Part shown: piece by piece, positions 57,272 through 64,000 of the stretch
Layout: every line of letters begins with the position of its first letter
Position numbering within the stretch: the first letter of the stretch is position 1
NCBI GenBank assembly: GCA_048885865.1
Contig: JBHLLF010000016.1
Location: forward strand, 1 to 64,000
DNA: 64,000 nucleotides
Direction of reading: 5' to 3'
Source: Candidatus Hermodarchaeota archaeon
GTDB lineage: Archaea > Asgardarchaeota > Thorarchaeia > Thorarchaeales > Thorarchaeaceae
Program-made: the position numbers and the translations under genes
Notes under the pieces: generated by a model
What the model was told of the DNA's origin: nothing
Databases searched by the model: none
What the model saw: the letters and a program-made list of their open reading frames with translations, nothing else

Positions 57272-59245
57272 ATGTTTGAATACATCGATTCCCCCTACCC
57301 CTATTATGAACCACGACCTGAGAAGAAATCTAGTAGTCTCAGAATAATAGCAATCATGATTATAGTGATGCTTGTTGCGTCAGGAGGGCTTTTCCTTCTT
57401 CTACCCATCGGTGATTTAATCCCTGGTCCACAAGAGCCTATTAAGGTGGCAATAATCGACTCCGGAATTGATAGCGACTTTACAATCGAGGGGAGAATGG
57501 GGGCTGAACAGAGCTTTGTATTGCCTCAATATGGATACCCCTTGGCAGAAACCGCTGTTAGTGATTCCAAACCTGACGGGAGTCAACATGGAACTATTGT
57601 GGCCAAAGCAGTTGCTGCCAATAGCGCAAATGCAGTAATACTCAACGCAAAAGTCCTAGCTAGCACAGGAATAGCTACTACTGGAGCAGTCGTTGCAGCG
57701 ATATACTGGGCAGTGGACCAGAACTGCAGTGTCATTAATCTAAGTCTGGGCGCAACGCCCGGGGTTGGCGACCCAATTGAACAGGCTGTTGAATATGCGT
57801 TTAATCGAGGGGTTGTGGTTGTGGCGGCTGCAGGAAACGAGGGAGACAATGGACTTGCTGGCAATACGATCAATACTCCAGGGGTATTTGAACACGTCCT
57901 CTCTGTAGGGGGACTAGATATCTTTGGGGAACCTGCAGATTACACAAGCTATGGACCTACATCAGCGAGATATATGAAACCAGATCTATGCGCTCCAGGA
58001 TACTTTGATTCTGGCAACTCGCGATATTTTGGCACTAGTTTCGCAACACCAAGAGTAGCTGCAGCAGCGGCGGAGCTTATGGCCCACAGTATTAGGAATA
58101 ACGTCACATATACGCCAGGTGCCATCATGACCGCTTTGCTGAAAGGAGCTGATCCTCTTGAGCACCCGGAATACGTTGTGGGTGCCGGAAAATTGAATCT
58201 CGAGACCTCGAAATCCCTCATGTTTTCGACACTTGTGGAGGGGGGTCTTCCTGCAATCTCATATGCCCATCCGAGGACACTCCCCCTTGACTTCGAAAGG
58301 TTGTTCTATGGAGACAATTACACATTCGACATAAAGCTGCTCACTGCTGGCTATACAACCTTTGACATAGATGTCACTGCAAATGCTCTTGGTGTCTTCG
58401 ACATGCCCGGACAGGTGACCATCAATCAGACTGGTGCTGTTCCACTAAACATCTATGTGCCAGATTCAGGTCTATCAAGCTATCAGGCAACAATCGAGTT
58501 CATTTCAGATGACTTTGGAAGCACGACTCTCGATGTTCAGTTTGGAGCTTCTGTTGCGGCAGCTCGTGTTGCCTTTGACATCAGCTTCACAACTTGGTGG
58601 ATGGATACAACATATGGGCAGTTCAGGGACTTCTATAGAGTTCTCACACAGAATGACATCTCAGTCACCGAGATTAGGGATGAGTCTGAAACCGACCTGG
58701 CCTATTTGCAGTTGTTTGACGCGGTTGTTCTTCTTGATCCATTTGTCTGGGACGACAATGAAACGGACCCATTAGACTCTGTGATATTCTCAATGCCATT
58801 TGCTCAAGAAACCAAACAGGCGTACCAGGACTATTATGACTCGGGTGGAGGGCTCTTTGTCACTGGACTATCAAATGCATCATTAGATGTTGCCAAGCTC
58901 AATGACTTCATAGACTGGACAGGATACTCTCTCAGCTCTACCCTTGTTTCTGATGGGAATAATCCAGTTGAGGCAACTCAGGTGACTGCTCATATAATCA
59001 CATCAGGTGTTGGGAGCTTCGACTATCTTGGGGCAGCTGTCATTGAACCTCCAGGTGCAACGACTCTTGGGAGATATGGCGGCAATGTTCTGCTGAGTGT
59101 GTTAGAAGATGCAGGCGGTGGAAGACTTGTCGTAACAGGCACGAACTATTTCATCGACAACTGGGGCATCAATGGAGATTACTCCTCAACATCGAACGAC
59201 CGACTCAGCCTTAGAATTGTGCAATGGCTCGTGGGTTTGCTGTGA
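57272..59245 (+). CDS. Membrane-anchored S8 subtilase with C-terminal GATase/DUF4350-like domain (site-1 protease-like)
   Basis: N-terminal TM; IIDSG, HGT, AAGN and GTSFATP catalytic motifs; C-terminal RVAFD..FRDFY..GGGLF..GRLVV. Confidence 0.88.
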   Translation: MFEYIDSPYPYYEPRPEKKSSSLRIIAIMIIVMLVASGGLFLLLPIGDLIPGPQEPIKVAIIDSGIDSDFTIEGRMGAEQSFVLPQYGYPLAETAVSDSKPDGSQHGTIVAKAVAANSANAVILNAKVLASTGIATTGAVVAAIYWAVDQNCSVINLSLGATPGVGDPIEQAVEYAFNRGVVVVAAAGNEGDNGLAGNTINTPGVFEHVLSVGGLDIFGEPADYTSYGPTSARYMKPDLCAPGYFDSGNSRYFGTSFATPRVAAAAAELMAHSIRNNVTYTPGAIMTALLKGADPLEHPEYVVGAGKLNLETSKSLMFSTLVEGGLPAISYAHPRTLPLDFERLFYGDNYTFDIKLLTAGYTTFDIDVTANALGVFDMPGQVTINQTGAVPLNIYVPDSGLSSYQATIEFISDDFGSTTLDVQFGASVAAARVAFDISFTTWWMDTTYGQFRDFYRVLTQNDISVTEIRDESETDLAYLQLFDAVVLLDPFVWDDNETDPLDSVIFSMPFAQETKQAYQDYYDSGGGLFVTGLSNASLDVAKLNDFIDWTGYSLSSTLVSDGNNPVEATQVTAHIITSGVGSFDYLGAAVIEPPGATTLGRYGGNVLLSVLEDAGGGRLVVTGTNYFIDNWGINGDYSSTSNDRLSLRIVQWLVGLL

Positions 59246-59372
59246 GAGCTCAGCTAAGTGTGTTCCTCGACACCTTGATTGCCCTATTTCTGGAGTTTAA
59301 AAGAATAGGGTCCTTATGTTCCACACCAAAAACACTACCGAGTCGGCAACTTGGGTAAGACCAGGTTGATAA

Positions 59373-59423
59373 GTCGGATACTGCTGATGGCTTGGGACTA
59401 TCTTGAGTCATCAGCTTCCCGAC
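59373..59423 (+). other. Long RNA hairpin in the intergenic region upstream of mfnB
   Basis: GCTGATGGCTTGGGA-CTA-TCTTGAGTCATCAGC 15-bp stem with 4 G-U pairs, flanked by GTCGG/CCGAC. Confidence 0.5.
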
Positions 59424-59524
59424 ACCGCTGCTTCTAGCTTCATTCATAATTCACACTATGATGTGCAAGTCATAAATCGGAGCAGTCATTAGTAGCATTA
59501 TCAGATGTGGATACTGTGTCCAAC

Positions 59525-60241
59525 ATGGTAAAGCTTCTCGTGAGTCCAACAGACGAGCTGGACGCTCTGGAGGCAGTAAAGGGAGGGGCGGACATTATTG
59601 ATGTCAAGAACCCGTTTGAAGGGTCTCTTGGAGCAGCATCTCCAGCAATGATCCGCAAAATCAGGGAGGTTGTAAAGAAGACCATTCCTGTAAGTGCAGC
59701 TCTCGGCGATGTTCCGAATCTCCCAGGCACAATTGCGCAGGCTGCTTTGGGTGCTGCACAAGCAGGTGCAGACTATGTGAAAATTGGGCTTCATGGTGTG
59801 TCAAAAGAGGAGGACGCGGTCTACATTTTGACAACTGTCATTGATACACTTCAGGACTTTGACTGCAGAACCAAGGTAGTTGCTGCCCTTTATGGCGATC
59901 ATCTGCGTGCGGGAACTCTAAATCCGTTGCTGCTTCCCGATATCGCTCATTCTGCCGGTGTAGAAACTGTAATGGTCGACACTGCAATAAAGGATGGAAG
60001 AGACCTCTTCATTTTCATGCCAGAGGAGGATGTTGTCACCTACATTGAAAAGGCTAGAGAGAATGGTCTTGAGGTAGCACTAGCTGGATCATTAGTAGGG
60101 GAATCTTTCAAGACTGCAGCGGGACTTAATCCTGACATCGTAGGTGTTAGAACAGCCGCCTTGCCAGGAGGAGATAGAACAGGCGGCAGAGTGGACGCAG
60201 ATCTAGTCAAAGAACTCAAGTCAATTCTCAAAGATGCATAG
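59525..60241 (+). CDS. mfnB: (5-formylfuran-3-yl)methyl phosphate synthase
   Basis: KLLVSP, DIIDVKNP.EGSLGA, YVKIG, DTAIKDG, LAGSL and VGVR motifs. Confidence 0.93.
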   Translation: MVKLLVSPTDELDALEAVKGGADIIDVKNPFEGSLGAASPAMIRKIREVVKKTIPVSAALGDVPNLPGTIAQAALGAAQAGADYVKIGLHGVSKEEDAVYILTTVIDTLQDFDCRTKVVAALYGDHLRAGTLNPLLLPDIAHSAGVETVMVDTAIKDGRDLFIFMPEEDVVTYIEKARENGLEVALAGSLVGESFKTAAGLNPDIVGVRTAALPGGDRTGGRVDADLVKELKSILKDA

Positions 60242-60242
60242 T

Positions 60243-60893
60243 CTATTGCTCTGGCACATCAAGAATAGCTGAAAGATTCTCTGGCCAAAGGCCGTTCATG
60301 ACATAGAAATAGCCCTGGAATTTGGATTGAAGATAGACCATGTATGGATCAATGATAGCTTTTTCGACCAGATATTCAAAACTCTTAGGTTTAACCGGCT
60401 CTGTTTCTGATTGAACTACTGTGAACCACTTTGCAAAAGGATTGACACTCTTTAAGAAGATGACAACATCTGCATCACCCTCTATTCCTATCCAATAGGC
60501 TATCGAGTCACTTGTAACATCCCAGCTATGTGGCAATCGGTCATGGAATTTCAGCAGTTCATAGGGCTGAATTATGAAACTCTGCCCATCGGCCCATCTC
60601 TCCAAGGCATCTACACCAGAATAGAAACTCAGTGTTGATTGCATATCAGCCATAATGGCGCCAGTGAGACCCATACATTTTATCGCAAGCCAGTGAGCAG
60701 CTGAGTCAGAGAGAAACTTCCGCGTATGATAGTATCTGACAGTGTTAGCAAAAGCTCCTCCTCCAGGTACGACGAGCACACTGTGTCTTTCAATGTAGAT
60801 GGAGATGGCCTTCAGAATCTCCCTCAGCTCGTAAGGATAATTTATCACGCTTCCGCCCACTTTGACGACCACTTTCAAAGCAATCACTTCCAA
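60243..60893 (-). CDS. mfnE: Amino-acid-kinase family, [5-(aminomethyl)furan-3-yl]methyl phosphate kinase-like
   Basis: VKVGGS, PGGGAFAN, AHWLAI and LPHSWDVTSDSIA motifs; in the mfn cluster. Confidence 0.85.
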   Translation of the reverse strand: MEVIALKVVVKVGGSVINYPYELREILKAISIYIERHSVLVVPGGGAFANTVRYYHTRKFLSDSAAHWLAIKCMGLTGAIMADMQSTLSFYSGVDALERWADGQSFIIQPYELLKFHDRLPHSWDVTSDSIAYWIGIEGDADVVIFLKSVNPFAKWFTVVQSETEPVKPKSFEYLVEKAIIDPYMVYLQSKFQGYFYVMNGLWPENLSAILDVPEQ

Positions 60894-61936
60894 TTCCTAG
60901 CTGCATAGAGAGCTGCGGCAAAAGCTGTCGCAGAATTAGCACCCTCAGGTCCAAGAATGTCTTGGAAGTACCTGCTTTCCTTTATGTCAAAGGATGCCAA
61001 AGCGCTGCGACCTAGAAAGACTGCCCCCACACCTGAGAAGACAAAAATCTGCTCGGCGATCTCAAGCCCGTACATGGCACAGACCTGAAGAACTCCGCTA
61101 GTAATGTCCTTGAGCTGCTGGGTCCAGGCTTGTCGAGCAATATCCAGAATCTGATCTTCAGGCACTGTTTCAATATCGCCACATACAATCCTGGCTAGAC
61201 GAGCTTTGCACTCCTCTACAGATTTTCCCCGACCGTCTGCAGTGTCATTGGAATATTGGTCCTTAGTAATATGGCCGAGTACTAGATGGAAATCTGCGCT
61301 TGTTGCGAAATACTCTGAGGAAACCCGGCAGGTCACACCATCCAGTTCAACCTCACGCAATATAGCCGAAAGATTTGTCCTTAGAGCTCCTGTATACACC
61401 AATTCACCACTCATTAAGCGATTGGTATCGTTTCGGCCGCGTGTAAGAGGAAGACCATCTCTGATTGGAATTATGTCTGTAGTCGTGGATCCAACATCGA
61501 TGAGAATGCAATTAGGAACTCCACGCCCCACCGCCCATGCAAGAACTGGCCAGTTAGCCGCAGCCACCCGTAGAGGGTCGTTCAATACTTCCTGAAGCTC
61601 AAGGAGCTCGAGGCTAACGTCAGGAAATATGATCGGGATGTTTCTAAGGGTCCGATGGACTCCCTCTGCAATGGCGGTAACTCCCTCTCTCTTGGTTTCA
61701 AATGTATCGGAGAGTTCCGCAGTCATGACTACCGATACGAGCTCAGGTGTTTCGGATGCATCAGCTAATTCATAGACAGTGTCTGCAATCAGATTCCATA
61801 GATCAATTCGTTCACGCTGCCAGATTGGAAAGCTCTTCGAGCGAAAGACAAGGTCACCAGGAACTCCATCTTTATCAAGTGTGAGACCACAGCCCTTGAG
61901 GTTTGCTCCTCCAATGTCCAGTCCAACTACTCTCAA
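60884..61936 (-). CDS. mfnF: Hydantoinase A-like methanofuran biosynthesis protein
   Basis: GLDIGGANLK, MTAELSD, AAANW, DVGSTTTD, GELVYTG.LRT and SEYFA motifs. Confidence 0.9.
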   Translation of the reverse strand: MRVVGLDIGGANLKGCGLTLDKDGVPGDLVFRSKSFPIWQRERIDLWNLIADTVYELADASETPELVSVVMTAELSDTFETKREGVTAIAEGVHRTLRNIPIIFPDVSLELLELQEVLNDPLRVAAANWPVLAWAVGRGVPNCILIDVGSTTTDIIPIRDGLPLTRGRNDTNRLMSGELVYTGALRTNLSAILREVELDGVTCRVSSEYFATSADFHLVLGHITKDQYSNDTADGRGKSVEECKARLARIVCGDIETVPEDQILDIARQAWTQQLKDITSGVLQVCAMYGLEIAEQIFVFSGVGAVFLGRSALASFDIKESRYFQDILGPEGANSATAFAAALYAARNWK

Positions 61937-63168
61937 GCAGAAATCCCCTCAATTCGAGCGTTGATGCTATTCTCCACGGCACTGAGATCATCCCTCGCTT
62001 CATCTCTTGTCGGACCCCATCCGCATACGTAGGGTCGGATGATTGTCTTATCGTTTGCTAATGGAATGGGCGGGCTTGAAACTCCAGGGATCACCATGAC
62101 TCTCGCGTAGTCATCAATATGATCTAGTGAATCAGGAATCCGTTTCATATCTATGTATTCCTCAAAAACTGAGAACCCATTAAGTTTCGGCTGTTTTGGA
62201 GGCGGTCCTGAATTGCACTGTATTATTCCAGCTAGCCCGTTGGGTCCTATGGTCCGTTCAAGGCCAATTGAGGATACAGTAAGTCGAGGGTTGATCTCCA
62301 TAGGATAAGCTTCCTTCCCATGAAAAACGAAATCGATTCCTACATAGCCTCGAAGACCAGGCAGCGCCTCGGCTATCTTTCGTGAGTAGACTTTAGCCTT
62401 CTTAGATGCAGGATGATCAAAAGGACATTCTCCGCCATGGTATCCAGGATTTGAATCGGTTGTACCTAAAGAAACGTTCTGGCGATTCACGGAAAGAACT
62501 GATGACTTCCCGTTACCTGTAAGAAGCGATACGCTTCCTTGGTCTCCGTCAATATATTCCTGAAGAATGAATGATGCAACTAGGTTCTCCATCTCAGGCT
62601 TATGAGCCAGCTCCATAAGAGAAGCAGTATCACGCGCGATATACGTACAAGTCGCTCCTGATGAAATTGCAGGTTTGATTACAACAGGGAATCTCAATTC
62701 CTGACTGTCGTTAAGGATGTCGTGGATAGTCCCAAAAATCATCTTCGGCACTGGAATTAAGAGCTCCTCAAAGAGATTCGCAGTATTGATTTTGTCAGAG
62801 CAGAATGCTACTGTTTCAGTTTCGGGATTGACAACATCCAATCCTCTAGCTCTGATTGACTTAAGAACCTCTACTAGAATACCATCATCCTCTGGAGCAA
62901 TGACTAGCCCTAGATCAGCACTGTCCGAGAGAGCCTCAATTGCAGCTTGCCAACTCGATTCATCTGATATGCATTTCTTCTGATTTCCTCTGGGAAGCAA
63001 TTGTTCGTGTATTCTAGCATCATAGCAAAAGGAAACTTTGTGTCCAGCGTGGTTAAGACTCCGGGCCATTGTGCAGAGCATTGCGAATCCTTGTGCAGCA
63101 AAGCTCGGCGACAATTCCTCGCCGGCCAGTCCACCTCCTGTTATGTGCTCATAGAGGAATATTTGCAT
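61933..63168 (-). CDS. mfnD: ATP-grasp tyramine-glutamate ligase-like
   Basis: YEHITGGG, IAPEDDG, IKP, QEYIDG, GYVGID and EINPRLT motifs. Confidence 0.88.
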   Translation of the reverse strand: MQIFLYEHITGGGLAGEELSPSFAAQGFAMLCTMARSLNHAGHKVSFCYDARIHEQLLPRGNQKKCISDESSWQAAIEALSDSADLGLVIAPEDDGILVEVLKSIRARGLDVVNPETETVAFCSDKINTANLFEELLIPVPKMIFGTIHDILNDSQELRFPVVIKPAISSGATCTYIARDTASLMELAHKPEMENLVASFILQEYIDGDQGSVSLLTGNGKSSVLSVNRQNVSLGTTDSNPGYHGGECPFDHPASKKAKVYSRKIAEALPGLRGYVGIDFVFHGKEAYPMEINPRLTVSSIGLERTIGPNGLAGIIQCNSGPPPKQPKLNGFSVFEEYIDMKRIPDSLDHIDDYARVMVIPGVSSPPIPLANDKTIIRPYVCGWGPTRDEARDDLSAVENSINARIEGISA

Positions 63169-63237
63169 TTCCGACCCAATTGGCCCATTGTCAACAACCT
63201 ATAAGACTCTTACAGATTTCAAAAGGGAGCGAGAATA

Positions 63238-63951
63238 ATGCATCAAGCTGAGATTATTCCTGTAATGGACATCATGGCGGGACAGGTAGTCCACGGAATT
63301 GCTGGCATGAGAGACGAGTATAGACCCATTGAAAGTGATATTGTGGATGGGTCGAACCCAATGGACATTGCTGATGCATTCAAGCAAATCTTTGGAGTTG
63401 ATAGAATCTATATCGCAGACCTGGATGCCATTAGGGGCGTCGGCGATAATTTCTCATTAGTAAAGAATATCGCAGAAGCCACAGAGTTGGAGATTATTCT
63501 TGATGGGGGAGCACGGTCTGCTAATGATATTGATAATCTTCTCAGGACTGGCATCCAAAGGGCAATAGTGGCAACTGAAACCCTTGCTTCACAGGAAGAC
63601 CTTGTTGAGATCCAGCAGATGCACGGGAATTCGATAATAGGGTCTCTGGATTTGATGAATGGGAGGACCTTAAGCGCATGTCAAGAGTTCAGTGGGAAAG
63701 ACCCACTCGCGATGGCCAGGATACTGGAAGAACATGGAATTCAAAATCTGATTGTCCTTGAATTGAGTCTTGTCGGAACTGGAAAGGGGCCAATTCATGA
63801 AGGACTCGTCGAGATCTGCAGCAACTCCAAGATGCGAATTATCGCAGGTGGGGGAGTTAGAAACCGCGAGGATTTACATGAACTCTTCAAAGTGGGAGCG
63901 AGTGCAGCTCTGGTTGCCACTGCACTTCATAGAAAGACAATCCTACCATAG
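63238..63951 (+). CDS. HisA/HisF-related TIM-barrel protein associated with H4MPT/methanofuran clusters
   Basis: IIPVMDI..GQVVH..G.RDEYRP, YIADLDAI, VGTGKG and GGGVR motifs. Confidence 0.88.
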   Translation: MHQAEIIPVMDIMAGQVVHGIAGMRDEYRPIESDIVDGSNPMDIADAFKQIFGVDRIYIADLDAIRGVGDNFSLVKNIAEATELEIILDGGARSANDIDNLLRTGIQRAIVATETLASQEDLVEIQQMHGNSIIGSLDLMNGRTLSACQEFSGKDPLAMARILEEHGIQNLIVLELSLVGTGKGPIHEGLVEICSNSKMRIIAGGGVRNREDLHELFKVGASAALVATALHRKTILP

Positions 63952-64000
63952 GTCGTGTCCATCATCAGTACCCTTAACTGGGGGTCATATCGCCACTTGC

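Noticed and set aside
1-64000. CRISPR arrays, tRNA/rRNA, IS elements, selenoprotein UGA readthrough
   Set aside because: No spaced repeats, cloverleafs, transposase or integrase motifs, or UGA-split conserved domains were recognised by eye; tRNAscan-SE and Infernal were not run.

Overview
Gene-dense archaeal chromosomal window. Archaeal TATA-type promoters, methanofuran genes, TrpB2, membrane-anchored family-5 solute-binding proteins and several eukaryote-like proteins point to an Asgard archaeon, probably Thorarchaeia-like; this is inferred, not verified. No rRNA, tRNA, CRISPR array or transposase was recognised. Main blocks: (1) 1-3.5 kb: a Cys-less thiolase-fold/DUF35 pair, followed by a TPR gene bracketed by a diverged duplicate of the DUF35 3' end. 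(2) 6.3-26.8 kb: a catabolic island with an SDR, a deacetylase, a nitrilase-family amidase, two M28 paralogs, a class III aminotransferase, a peptide-type ABC importer with a fused permease, a corrinoid protein plus a pyrrolysine-free MtmB homolog, an RHH regulator and an M20 deacylase. Four of its promoters share an exact 47-bp TGWWCA-N4-box-N4-box-N15-TGWWCA architecture. This is the best candidate for an undescribed system. (3) 31-43 kb: Lrp, GH94 phosphorylase, ABC importer and GH116, a beta-glycoside utilisation locus. (4) 43-53 kb: kinase-M23-phospholyase fusion, trpB2 with TGTACA boxes and a structured leader carrying a Tyr-Tyr-Gln-Trp uORF, Lrp/glnA and panB. (5) 54-64 kb: a P2-type ATPase with a flippase-like PINI motif instead of PEGL, a site-1-protease-like subtilase, and the mfnB/E/F/D methanofuran cluster. 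All family calls come from motifs read by eye; no searches were run.
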